Of a stretch of DNA of 64,000 nt, positions 10,207 to 19,612 are shown piece after piece. The DNA comes from a virus (Duplodnaviria; Caudoviricetes), in the IMG/VR virus record IMGVR_UViG_3300025858_000010, positions 64,001 through 128,000 of that record; one strand, 5' to 3'. The translations under genes were made by a program, and so were the position numbers. Numbering within the stretch: the first letter of the stretch is position 1; every line of letters starts with the position of its first letter. The notes beneath the pieces were generated by a model. That model was not told where the DNA came from. It searched no databases and worked only from the letters and a program-made list of their open reading frames with translations.

Positions 10207-12504
10207 TTACTTTTCCGTATAAGGATAAACATTTTGAGCGTTTGCTGCAAATCTTTTATTTCCTTCATCGAATTGTATAGAATATTTGCCATCTGGTCTA
10301 ACTCCTATAAATATTCCTTTTTTATTATCATATACAGATTTATCTTTTTTGTATATTATTTTATCTCCTTCTTTAAATTTTGATTCTATTTTTTTAATTT
10401 CGGTTGTTTCACTTCCTTCTTTTTTTTTCATATATGGATTTTTCCAATTATTATCGCCGTTTGTCAAATAATTTTGTGTAGAAACCAAATGAAATGTGTC
10501 AAAATGATCTAATGCGTTTATACCTTGTTGATATTTTTTATCAGTATGAAGAGCACATATCATATTACTTCTATAACTATTTCCCTCTCTCGTTATCCAT
10601 CCTTCGTTAGCTGCATACATTTGAAATAAATCTCTATCTTTGTCATATCTTGTATAAACATAATCCATAAACGTTCCATCTTCAGGAACAGCCAATCTCC
10701 AAACTAAAGCTCTACCTAGAAGTTTTTTCCCATCATCGTTCAATAAAACCAACATTTGAATGACGTCTGGATTATCAACAAACATTTGCATCTCTGGGGC
10801 TTTATTTGTTCCTCTCATACAAGAACTATTTAACATTCCTCCTCCCTGAACGTAATTAGCGCCATTATACCAGTATCGTATATCTTCGCCCGATACAAGT
10901 TTTAATTTATCTGATATTCCTTTTATACACAAATCATAAGTGGCTTTATATGCGTTGGTCAGAGATTCTACATCTTTATCCGTGAGTTTTTCATTTACTA
11001 TTCTAAAAAATTTACCAATTTTCATCATTTGTCTAAATCTGGATTTGAATGGATTTTCTTTATCATCCAATCTTTTAAATTTATCTAATGGGATGTAACT
11101 GATCATTTCGTTTGTATCTGTAATATCGAAATATGATAAATTCATTAATGCAGACTTTATTTTTAAATTTAATCTATATAATATCATTGAAAGTCTATCA
11201 CTCGTTATAAATAACATAATTTCTTTATTATCTAATTTTCTTTTTATATCTTCAGATTCTTCTTTTTTAATTATACTAATATTTGCTCTTGGTAGATTAT
11301 AATAATTCTTATTTTTTCCTTGAACATATAATTGTTGACAGAATTTGATCATAAAATTTATTCCGAAATTATCTCTTGGTTTATTTCCGGCTATATTTAC
11401 AATTTCACCGATTTGACCGTCCATATTATCTAACATGAAATTTTGAGATGATTGAGCTATTATATAATCACCAACTTTATAATCATAATTAAATGATTCT
11501 ATATTATCTTTTAATAATTTTAATTCCAACTCGTTTTTCTTTAATTCTTCTTCTGTAGCACTTCTAATTTTATTTTGTGGCACCACATAACCCATAGGAA
11601 CCCCTATCAAATTATTAATGTCGTATAAATTATTATCAAATCTATTTGTAAATTGAACACTATATCTATTATAGATTCCACGTGATATAACTTCCCTAAT
11701 AATTCCAATATTATTTTTAAAATCGACATTATCATAACGTCCTTCTTCTACTACAATAATATCGTTCAACTGAAATGGTTGACCTATTTTATCCAATTCT
11801 TTTTTTACTTTATCTATTTTCTTTTTAAATTTCTCTATTTCTTCAGGTTCGGCATGTCTCATATTCATTTTATTTATAGTTATACCAGCTCCGTTTTTAG
11901 GAAATCCTTCATTATCACTTTTAAAATTTTTATCGGTTTTATCTAAGAATCCCACCCACCATTGATCTGGGCCTACAGGATAATAAGTAATGGCTATTTC
12001 ATCGTCAATGTTAATTAATTTATTATCATATCCAATTTTAATACTACCTATACCAACTATAACATCACCGATTTTATATTTTGTATTCATCCTTATGTCC
12101 TCGTTCTTCTTATTTTCTTCGTGTTTTTTGATAATTTTTTCAAAATATATTGGATCATTAGAGGCAATATTTTTTAAAGGAATATAAAAACAATGTCCTT
12201 TTTTACCAATATCTTTAAATCCAGCGTGAAATTTTTTATTTGGTTCATCAAATTCAATAAGAAAATTACCATATTCTTTCATATCTATTATTGTTCCCGC
12301 TAAATAATCCAGATTAACACCGTCAACTTCACCGTTGGTCATTATTTTATCACCAATTTTAAGATTTTCTCTTTTAATTTCAGCAATAATATTTGATTCG
12401 GTTTTCTTTTTAAACATCCCTATTTCTTCATTAATATAATTAGTCATGAAACCATTATAATTTTTTATCATTTCGTATTCATTCTTATCATTCTTATTTT
12501 TCAT
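10207..12504 (-). CDS. multidomain protein: tandem SH3/KOW-like repeats plus SCM...GRALVW...FMD domain
   Basis: about five (Y/F/L)K(I/V/E)GD-initiated repeats; YINE leader; first repeat is paralogous to 37890..38237. Confidence 0.6.
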   Translation of the reverse strand: MKNKNDKNEYEMIKNYNGFMTNYINEEIGMFKKKTESNIIAEIKRENLKIGDKIMTNGEVDGVNLDYLAGTIIDMKEYGNFLIEFDEPNKKFHAGFKDIGKKGHCFYIPLKNIASNDPIYFEKIIKKHEENKKNEDIRMNTKYKIGDVIVGIGSIKIGYDNKLINIDDEIAITYYPVGPDQWWVGFLDKTDKNFKSDNEGFPKNGAGITINKMNMRHAEPEEIEKFKKKIDKVKKELDKIGQPFQLNDIIVVEEGRYDNVDFKNNIGIIREVISRGIYNRYSVQFTNRFDNNLYDINNLIGVPMGYVVPQNKIRSATEEELKKNELELKLLKDNIESFNYDYKVGDYIIAQSSQNFMLDNMDGQIGEIVNIAGNKPRDNFGINFMIKFCQQLYVQGKNKNYYNLPRANISIIKKEESEDIKRKLDNKEIMLFITSDRLSMILYRLNLKIKSALMNLSYFDITDTNEMISYIPLDKFKRLDDKENPFKSRFRQMMKIGKFFRIVNEKLTDKDVESLTNAYKATYDLCIKGISDKLKLVSGEDIRYWYNGANYVQGGGMLNSSCMRGTNKAPEMQMFVDNPDVIQMLVLLNDDGKKLLGRALVWRLAVPEDGTFMDYVYTRYDKDRDLFQMYAANEGWITREGNSYRSNMICALHTDKKYQQGINALDHFDTFHLVSTQNYLTNGDNNWKNPYMKKKEGSETTEIKKIESKFKEGDKIIYKKDKSVYDNKKGIFIGVRPDGKYSIQFDEGNKRFAANAQNVYPYTEK

Positions 12505-12591
12505 GAGATTTATTTTTTTTCTTATTTAAATTCAGTTATAAACAAAACATATTTTATGCTATATATATTAAAAAATTAAAACTGTTTTTTA

Positions 12592-12990
12592 ATGAAAGAT
12601 AAATTGATTTTTAACGATAAAATAGAAATAAGAAAATCGAAGTTACATGGTTGGGGTGTTTTTGCTAAAAGCGATATAAAATCAGGCGAGATTTTAGAAG
12701 AAGATTCTTTTTTAATAATTCCGATGTCACAGAACGAATCATCTTCAATTTTTATAGATTATAGATTCAATTTTCCAAGAACAAATTCTAAATGTCAAGT
12801 AATACCATTTGGTTTTTCTTGTTTATATAATCATTCAGAAAAACCAAACGCAGCCTGGGAAACAAATGATGAAAATAATTTATTTATTTTTTCTGCGATT
12901 AGAGACATTAAAAAGGATGAAGAAATATGTATTTATTATGGGGATATTAATTATTGGAATGAAGGAAGATCTCACACAAAAATAATTTAA
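12592..12990 (+). CDS. SET-domain methyltransferase-like protein
   Basis: HGWGVFA, YNHSEKPN, RDIKKDEEICIYYG. Confidence 0.9.
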   Translation: MKDKLIFNDKIEIRKSKLHGWGVFAKSDIKSGEILEEDSFLIIPMSQNESSSIFIDYRFNFPRTNSKCQVIPFGFSCLYNHSEKPNAAWETNDENNLFIFSAIRDIKKDEEICIYYGDINYWNEGRSHTKII

Positions 12991-13008
12991 TTTTTCGATG
13001 ATATAATT

Positions 13009-15030
13009 TTAAATTTCCCAGTTTTCTTCACCATAAGGATCAATATCCATGTGTTTTAATCTATATTCTTCTTTTTTTTGTTTTATTCTTTTTTGTTCTT
13101 CTTCCCATTTTTCAAATTCATCACCGTCAGCTTTTTTTAAATGATCAAAGCTTATATTATATGATGATCTTGTGTGATCACCATATCCAGTATGTAATTG
13201 AACATTGAATCTATTATCAAATTTAACACAAGCTGAAACATCATCATTAATGCGTGTTATAATACCAATTTCACCTTTAAATAAAATATTGTCCATTCTT
13301 CCATTACATACTACCACATCACCAACATTAAAATAGTCTTTATTTTCGTATATTCTGTTTTCTCTTATCAATAATGAGTCGTCATCTTCCCAAGTTTCTT
13401 CCCCATAAGGGTCAACATCCATATGTTTTAATCTCATTTCCTCTCTAATTTTTTTTCTATATTCTATTTTTTCAGGATCGGTTAATTCTAATAAATAATA
13501 ATAAATATAGTAAGAAGAATTCGTAAAATCGATTCTGTCACAATCCCACAAGTGATTATTGAATCTTTCTGGAAATTTAACTGCCAATAATGGAGAATCA
13601 CTCATTGATAGAATAATACCCACTTCACCATTAAAATAAATATCATCCATTTGTCCGTGGCAAATAACGGAATCACCTATTTGAAAATCATTAATTTCAC
13701 TTTCATTTAAATGTTTGTAGTAATTTGAATTGTAGTCCATATCCCAATCTTCTTCACCGTAAGGATCAATATCCATGTATTTTAATCTCATTTCTTCTCG
13801 TTTCTTTCGTAGTTCAGATATCGGTTTTAATATATTTTTAGAAACAATATATGTATATCCAATACTATGAAATTTGACATCATAATGTATTCCTTTTATA
13901 ACAACTCCATTTACAGTAGAAGATGTATTATTTGAGTGTTTATCGATTATTGTGCCTATTTGACCATTTAGATCAAGACCGCTTTGATTTCCTGTACAAA
14001 TCACTTTATCTCCATTTTTAAAATCATAATCATTTTCGAAGTTCTCATTTAACCAATCTTCTTCGCCATAAGGATCAATATCCATATGTTTTAATCTTAA
14101 TTGTTTTAATCTTTCTTCTTTTCGTTTTTGTTCTTTGGGATCTAATAAATCTAAACAATCTTCTGGAAAGTAATATGAAGATTCATTTAAAAAATAATAA
14201 TTATTATCACGTTTTCTAATAGTGTAACTACGACCAATACAGTCTAACATATTCCGATCCCACCTATTTTTAACAACATGATTTTTTAATTTGTCATTAA
14301 CAACAACCCTATCTCCTATGTTAAATTTATGATTCGAATTTTCGTTAACACTTTCACTTAACCAATCTTCTTCACCATAAGGATCAATATCCATATGTTT
14401 TAATCTCCTTTCCTCTCTAATTTTTTTTCTATATTCTATTTTTTCTGGATCAGCCAATTCTAATAAATGATAATCGATATAGTAAGAAGAATTCGTAATA
14501 TCGATTCCGTTACAGTTCCATAAATGGTTATCAAATCTTTCTGGAAATTTAACTGAAGCATTGAAATGACGCAATGATATAATAATACCTATTTCACCTT
14601 TAAAATAGATATCATCCATTTGTCCGTTACAAATAACAGTATCACCTATTTGAAAATCTTCTATTTTACCTTCATTTAAATAGTGCATTGAATTGTAATC
14701 TTGATCAATCCAGTCTTCTTCACCATAAGGATCAATATCCATATGTTTTAATTTTACTTCTTCTTTTTTAATTTTTGATTCAATTTCTTTGTTTAAATTA
14801 AATAATTTTATTTCATCTTCTACGAACCATATGTTACCACAAAAATATTCAATGACTCTATAATCCGGTAATAAAAAGTTAACTAAACTAACTAAATAAT
14901 AATTTACACCATCGTGTGTATTTATTGTTTTAATTACACCAATTTTATCTACAAGATTTTGTCTTCTATGTCCTTTTTTCACTATAACGACATCGCCAAC
15001 TTTAAAATAATTTGAAAACTTTTTTATCAT
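13009..15030 (-). CDS. six-module SH3/KOW-like + DPYGEEDW polyprotein
   Basis: six FxxGDxV domains, each followed by a charged helix and (H/Y)MD(I/V)DPYGEE(D/T/N)W. Confidence 0.8.
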   Translation of the reverse strand: MIKKFSNYFKVGDVVIVKKGHRRQNLVDKIGVIKTINTHDGVNYYLVSLVNFLLPDYRVIEYFCGNIWFVEDEIKLFNLNKEIESKIKKEEVKLKHMDIDPYGEEDWIDQDYNSMHYLNEGKIEDFQIGDTVICNGQMDDIYFKGEIGIIISLRHFNASVKFPERFDNHLWNCNGIDITNSSYYIDYHLLELADPEKIEYRKKIREERRLKHMDIDPYGEEDWLSESVNENSNHKFNIGDRVVVNDKLKNHVVKNRWDRNMLDCIGRSYTIRKRDNNYYFLNESSYYFPEDCLDLLDPKEQKRKEERLKQLRLKHMDIDPYGEEDWLNENFENDYDFKNGDKVICTGNQSGLDLNGQIGTIIDKHSNNTSSTVNGVVIKGIHYDVKFHSIGYTYIVSKNILKPISELRKKREEMRLKYMDIDPYGEEDWDMDYNSNYYKHLNESEINDFQIGDSVICHGQMDDIYFNGEVGIILSMSDSPLLAVKFPERFNNHLWDCDRIDFTNSSYYIYYYLLELTDPEKIEYRKKIREEMRLKHMDVDPYGEETWEDDDSLLIRENRIYENKDYFNVGDVVVCNGRMDNILFKGEIGIITRINDDVSACVKFDNRFNVQLHTGYGDHTRSSYNISFDHLKKADGDEFEKWEEEQKRIKQKKEEYRLKHMDIDPYGEENWEI

Positions 15031-15074
15031 AATAGTAATATATATAAAAATTAAAATTTAAAAACACACTTATT

Positions 15075-16139
15075 ATGGAAAAATCTGAAATAAAATTAAT
15101 AAACGGTGATATATCAACATTAATAGAAGATCAATATACTAAAATATTAAGAAGCGAAAATTATAACTTTATATTTAATAAACAAACTGGATTTTTCGTT
15201 CGTTGGGGCAAAACAAAGGAAGATGACGGTGACATAAATCTGGGTCTTCCAGAATTAGTAGACATGGAAATATCCACATCATGTCACGGTATAGATAAAC
15301 CTTGTAAATTTTGTTACAAATCAAATACTCCCAAAGGTGATTATATGTCATTTGAAACTTTTAAGAAAATATTTTCAAAACTCCCACCGAGTATAACACA
15401 ATTGGCTGCCGGTATAGGAGATATTGACGGAAATCCCGATATGTGGAAAATATTTAACTATTGTAGGGAAAATGGAGTTATTCCAAATGTGACTATTAAT
15501 GGAGCTAGAATGACGGATGAATTATTTGATAGATTAGCCTTAATGATGGGAGCTGTTGCTGTATCTTTATATGATAAGGATTTAACTTATACCGCTGTTG
15601 AAGAATTGACAAGAAGAGGATTAAAACAAACAAATATACATTTCCTGTTAAGCGAAGAAACATATGATAAAGCTATAGAAACATTGAATGATATTAAAAT
15701 TGATGATAGATTAAAACATCTTAATGCTATAGTTTTTTTATCTCTTAAAACAAAAGGAAATGCTAAAAACGGTTTCACTCAATTAGGTCAAGAAAAATTC
15801 AATAATATTGTTAAATATTCACTCGATAATAATATATCGATTGGTTTTGATAGTTGTGGAAGTACTAAGTTTTTAAAATCGATTGAAGGACATAACAATT
15901 TTAAACAAATGGAAATGTTAGTAGAAAAATGTGAAGCTTCTCTTTATTCAAGTTATATATCAGTTAGTGGACATTATTACCCTTGTAGTTTTTGTGACGG
16001 TGTAGAAAATTGGGAAGAAGGCATAGACGTTTTAAATTGTGAAGATTTTTTAAAGGATGTTTGGTTTAACGAAAAAACATTAAATTTCAAAAAGAAATTA
16101 TTAAATTGTAATCGAGATTGTCCAGTTTACATAATTTAA
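15075..16139 (+). CDS. radical SAM / SPASM-domain protein
   Basis: CHGIDKPCKFCYK cluster motif; C-terminal CEA...G.YYPCSF...CPVY. Confidence 0.8.
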   Translation: MEKSEIKLINGDISTLIEDQYTKILRSENYNFIFNKQTGFFVRWGKTKEDDGDINLGLPELVDMEISTSCHGIDKPCKFCYKSNTPKGDYMSFETFKKIFSKLPPSITQLAAGIGDIDGNPDMWKIFNYCRENGVIPNVTINGARMTDELFDRLALMMGAVAVSLYDKDLTYTAVEELTRRGLKQTNIHFLLSEETYDKAIETLNDIKIDDRLKHLNAIVFLSLKTKGNAKNGFTQLGQEKFNNIVKYSLDNNISIGFDSCGSTKFLKSIEGHNNFKQMEMLVEKCEASLYSSYISVSGHYYPCSFCDGVENWEEGIDVLNCEDFLKDVWFNEKTLNFKKKLLNCNRDCPVYII

Positions 16140-16172
16140 AAATGATAATTAATATATATAATAAAAAAAATC

Positions 16173-16466
16173 ATGATGAAAACTTTTGAAATGTTTAATG
16201 ACAGTACTAAAAAAGCTTATTTAGTCAAATTAACTGACGCTGATGGAGATGTTTGTGCATTCTTAATCGATGAAGAAACCGCTGAAAATATAGACAACGA
16301 TATAGCTGTTAGTATACCAGGAACAAATCAAGTCCTAGACGGTGATTCGGATTCTTACGAAAGATGGTATGCTAAAATCAAAGACATAAATGAAATAATC
16401 GAAAATGCTAAAAATAATGGATATATAGTTGATTTAGATAATGAATTTGATTTTATACATTATTAA
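16173..16466 (+). CDS. hypothetical protein with leader MKTFEMFND
   Basis: ORF after TTAATATATA. Confidence 0.6.
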   Translation: MMKTFEMFNDSTKKAYLVKLTDADGDVCAFLIDEETAENIDNDIAVSIPGTNQVLDGDSDSYERWYAKIKDINEIIENAKNNGYIVDLDNEFDFIHY

Positions 16467-16471
16467 AACAA

Positions 16472-16909
16472 ATGATTAAAAATATGAAAATAAGAAATGG
16501 ATTTGTAAGTAACAGTAGTTCGTCTAGTTATATAATTAGAAAAGAAAATTTAACAAATGAACAAATTGATATGATTAAAGATCACATTAATTATTGTTGG
16601 AAATTAATAAACGATGACAATAAAAAAATTGCTTCATTTAGGAAATTTAATGAGGACGATCCATATGGTGAGGAAGAAAACCGGAAAAATGATGAAATAA
16701 ATTATAGTAAAAAAACAACAATTGATAAATTAAAAGAAATGATGGGTGATAATACACCATATAGAATAACAAACACTGATAAATGGGATGTTATAGAAAA
16801 AGATAATGTAATTGAAACCTGTACAGATATGGACAATTTTCCTATGGATTGGTTTTTAACACAAATAGTAAAAGTAGATGAATCTGATATTATTTATAAA
16901 GAATATTAA
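16472..16909 (+). CDS. MKIRNGFVSNSSSSS-family protein with internal DPYGEE
   Basis: N-terminal motif; internal FRKFNEDDPYGEEE. Confidence 0.7.
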   Translation: MIKNMKIRNGFVSNSSSSSYIIRKENLTNEQIDMIKDHINYCWKLINDDNKKIASFRKFNEDDPYGEEENRKNDEINYSKKTTIDKLKEMMGDNTPYRITNTDKWDVIEKDNVIETCTDMDNFPMDWFLTQIVKVDESDIIYKEY

Positions 16910-16928
16910 TAAAAAAAAAATTAAAAAT

Positions 16929-17440
16929 ATGAAAATAAGAAACGGTTTCGTGAGTAACAGTACTATTTTTTATGCTTTTTTTTAATTTGTTTATAAGTTC
17001 ATCAATATATTCATAAGGTATAACTATTTTTCCCTTTTTTTATAGTTACTATAACCACCATGTTTTTCTTGATATAATTTTTGAATTTTATTTAAATTTG
17101 AAAAAATAAAATCTTCAACATTAAAATCTTCAGGAATCAATATCACATAAGTATTTATATGGGTGATAGTTACGAATTCTATTACACTATATCCGATATC
17201 ATGTATGATTTATCAATATGTGGAATTGATACTGGTCCAGACGAAGGTATTATAACTTTTGTCAAAGAAAGAGATTTATTAAGAAAAATTAGAAATATTA
17301 AACAATTACCGGCTAATGATATAGATGAATTAAGAGAGAAAATGAAAAAAGAAAAAGAGGAATACGTTAGAAAAAAAGAAGAAAAAAGATCACATATCAA
17401 AAAAATAGACCCATACGAAGAGGAAGATTGGGAAAAATAA
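16929..17440 (+). pseudogene. second MKIRNGFVSNS-family gene, broken by an internal inversion; C-terminal DPYEEEDW
   Basis: 16961..17153 reads as the missing coding middle on the minus strand; both junctions rejoin in frame when flipped. Confidence 0.75.
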
Positions 17441-17494
17441 AATTTCGCTCATGAAAATTATTTACTTTTGTCTAAAACTTAAAGTGTTTAAAAG

Positions 17495-17524
17495 AAAATA
17501 CCACCATTGATGGGTGGTATTTTA
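17495..17524. terminator. intrinsic terminator
   Basis: aaaataccacc-attgatg-ggtggtatttt between convergent genes. Confidence 0.65.
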
Positions 17525-17580
17525 AAAAATTAGAATCTTTAGATGAAATAAATATTAAGGAATATATTAAATATGAATAA

Positions 17581-18447
17581 TTATTTGAATCTATCTAATA
17601 TTGGACTTATTATAGGATTTCTTACTATATCTTCTTTACCGAATTCTACAAAACCAATGCCTGCAATGCCTTGCAAATTATCATAGGCATATTTTAATCC
17701 AGATTCTTCTGGATTTTTAAATCTGTCTATTTGATTCAGATCTCCAGATAATATGAACTTTGAATTATATCCAATTCTTGTTAATAATGTTTTAATTCCT
17801 TTGATGGTCAAATTTTGTGTTTCGTCTCCGATAAGAACCGAATCACATATGTTTATGCCCCTCATATAAGACATATATAAAGGTTCTATTATTTTATTTT
17901 CGACTAATTTTTTTCTCGTTTCTTCTCCAATTATTCTATCCATCAAATAATATAAAGAATACAAATAAGGAAAGGTTTTCATATCAAGATCTCCTCTAAG
18001 ATAACCAATAGATTCTTCACTTTCAATTATCGGAGTTATAATATAAATCTTTTCATATCCATTTTTAGAATCCCTTAATAAATCCAGAGCTTTAGCGACT
18101 GACAGATAACTTTTACCTACGCCTGAATCCCCTATACATATTGTGATTTCATTTTCATCTATTGTTTTAATAAACTCTTTTTGTTTTTGATTTTTACATT
18201 TTAAATTAACTCTTTTAAGTAATGTCTCTGTGAACTGTTTTTTAGTGAAAATAACATCATTGGTCATTTTTCTGGTGTTGTAAATAGCTTCAATTACTTC
18301 ATCATCGGCATTGAGTACCGATAACATATTGTTCTTTCGTTTACTCATAATAGTTGATGTTTTTTTGTTCGCAACAAAAAAACCAGACTTATCTCTTGTT
18401 GAAATGTCGTCCGGCTTTTTTTTGTTGAATAAAGTACGTTTAATCAT
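17581..18447 (-). CDS. phoH: PhoH family ATPase
   Basis: GDSGVGKS, IGYLRGDL, YMRG, DETQN, TRIG, SGDLNQID, DIVRNP. Confidence 0.9.
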   Translation of the reverse strand: MIKRTLFNKKKPDDISTRDKSGFFVANKKTSTIMSKRKNNMLSVLNADDEVIEAIYNTRKMTNDVIFTKKQFTETLLKRVNLKCKNQKQKEFIKTIDENEITICIGDSGVGKSYLSVAKALDLLRDSKNGYEKIYIITPIIESEESIGYLRGDLDMKTFPYLYSLYYLMDRIIGEETRKKLVENKIIEPLYMSYMRGINICDSVLIGDETQNLTIKGIKTLLTRIGYNSKFILSGDLNQIDRFKNPEESGLKYAYDNLQGIAGIGFVEFGKEDIVRNPIISPILDRFK

Positions 18448-18490
18448 ACGAAATTATATATTAATTTTTTTTTCACTTTTTTTGTTAAAA

Positions 18491-19087
18491 TTGTCTGATT
18501 TTATAAGAAAATTTGGATATAATTCAATAGCCACTGGTCATTATACATTGGTTAAAAAAGAATTAAAAAGAAGAAATATTGATATACCATCTTTTGAATA
18601 TTTTCAAAAATATAATAATTTTAAAAGAAAAAGAGGTGTAGATGAATTATTCATATATGATACTGATACTCATAGAGGATATTTGAAAAAAAGAATTATA
18701 GAAGACGATTTAATAGATTATAAGTGTAAAAATTGTGGAATATCTGGGGAGTGGAATGGAAAAAAATTAATTCTTCAGTTGGAACACATAAACGGTGATG
18801 CGTGTGATAATAGATTAGATAATTTATGCTTTCTTTGTCCTAATTGTCATTCACAAACTGATAGCTATAATAGAAAAAAAATAAATAAAATTAAAAAAAT
18901 AAAATATTGTGAGTGCGGAAAAAAGATATCTAACGGTGCTTTTATGTGTGTTGATTGTAATTCCAAGACTAATAGAGTGGTCGATAGACCAACACACGAA
19001 GATTTAAAAAAAGAAATTGAAGAAACATCGCAAAACAAAGTGGCTAAAAAATATAATGTTTCTTGGAAAACTATAAGAAAGTGTTGA
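18491..19087 (+). CDS. HNH endonuclease (start uncertain, possibly 5'-truncated)
   Basis: CxxC, LQLEHINGD..DNRLDNL.FLCPNCHSQT, C-terminal HTH; next to the tRNA; no in-frame ATG, so TTG at 18491 assumed. Confidence 0.75.
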   Translation: MSDFIRKFGYNSIATGHYTLVKKELKRRNIDIPSFEYFQKYNNFKRKRGVDELFIYDTDTHRGYLKKRIIEDDLIDYKCKNCGISGEWNGKKLILQLEHINGDACDNRLDNLCFLCPNCHSQTDSYNRKKINKIKKIKYCECGKKISNGAFMCVDCNSKTNRVVDRPTHEDLKKEIEETSQNKVAKKYNVSWKTIRKC

Positions 19088-19105
19088 AAAATTATGAAAA
19101 GTTAG

Positions 19106-19179
19106 ACGGATAGATGGGATTCGAACCCATGTTCGTGGAGTTAGAGGCCGCCGCTCTGACCAGACTGAGCTACTATCCG
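19106..19179 (-). tRNA. tRNA with CUA anticodon (amber suppressor candidate)
   Basis: acceptor CGGATAG/CTATCCG, D stem GCTC/GAGC, loop CT-CTA-AC, T arm ATGGG-TTCGAAT-CCCAT; anticodon stem only 3/5 paired; no encoded CCA. Confidence 0.75.
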
Positions 19180-19196
19180 ATTATTATTAAATTTTT

Positions 19197-19308
19197 TTTA
19201 AAAACCATCTTGATCTTGTTGCCAGTTCCTCGTGCGAAACGAATTCGCTGTCCTATTGGTTCTGTGCTCTCAATTTCAAGCTTTTTGGAACAAGATCAAG
19301 TGGTTTTT
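19197..19308 (-). ncRNA. candidate structured RNA upstream of the tRNA
   Basis: about 22-bp terminal stem (aaaaccacttgatcttgttcca / tggcaacaagatcaagatggtttt) enclosing a GC-richer interior. Confidence 0.35.
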
Positions 19309-19317
19309 CTAATCATT

Positions 19318-19569
19318 TCACAAAGTTAAAAATAAGGCTCCCCCTGATGTAGATATACATCCTTTACATGGTTGTATAATAGAAGATTTATTTTTAATAG
19401 CTAGATCTATTATATCTATTTTTATATTTTTTGGTAAATCTTTTATTGCTTTTTTAACAATAATACTGGTTTTACTTTCTTGACCTGGGCAATTATTTTT
19501 ATCTCTAGCCGAACCAATAAATATAAGTATATTTTTATTATTATAATTTTCTAATTTTTTAATTTTCAT
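19318..19569 (-). pseudogene. truncated flavodoxin / NAD(P)H-dependent FMN reductase
   Basis: ILIFIGSAR...CPGQESKT...IIDL...IQPCKGCIST, then an early stop. Confidence 0.6.
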
Positions 19570-19612
19570 TTATCAACATCATTTTAAATATCTTAATCTT
19601 ATTAAATTCTCT

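Noticed and set aside
13009-15030. GATATTGATCCTTATGGTGAAGAAGATTGG repeats as a CRISPR array or DNA mobile repeat
   Set aside because: Copies are hundreds of bases apart, always in the coding frame, non-palindromic and synonymously variable; no cas genes
18311-18490. 5' part of ORF 18311..19087
   Set aside because: Overlaps phoH antisense and its promoter; only the HNH portion looks coding
19106-19179. Pyrrolysine system
   Set aside because: The tRNA has a normal large D loop and canonical T loop, unlike tRNA-Pyl; KamA is not PylB; no PylRS seen
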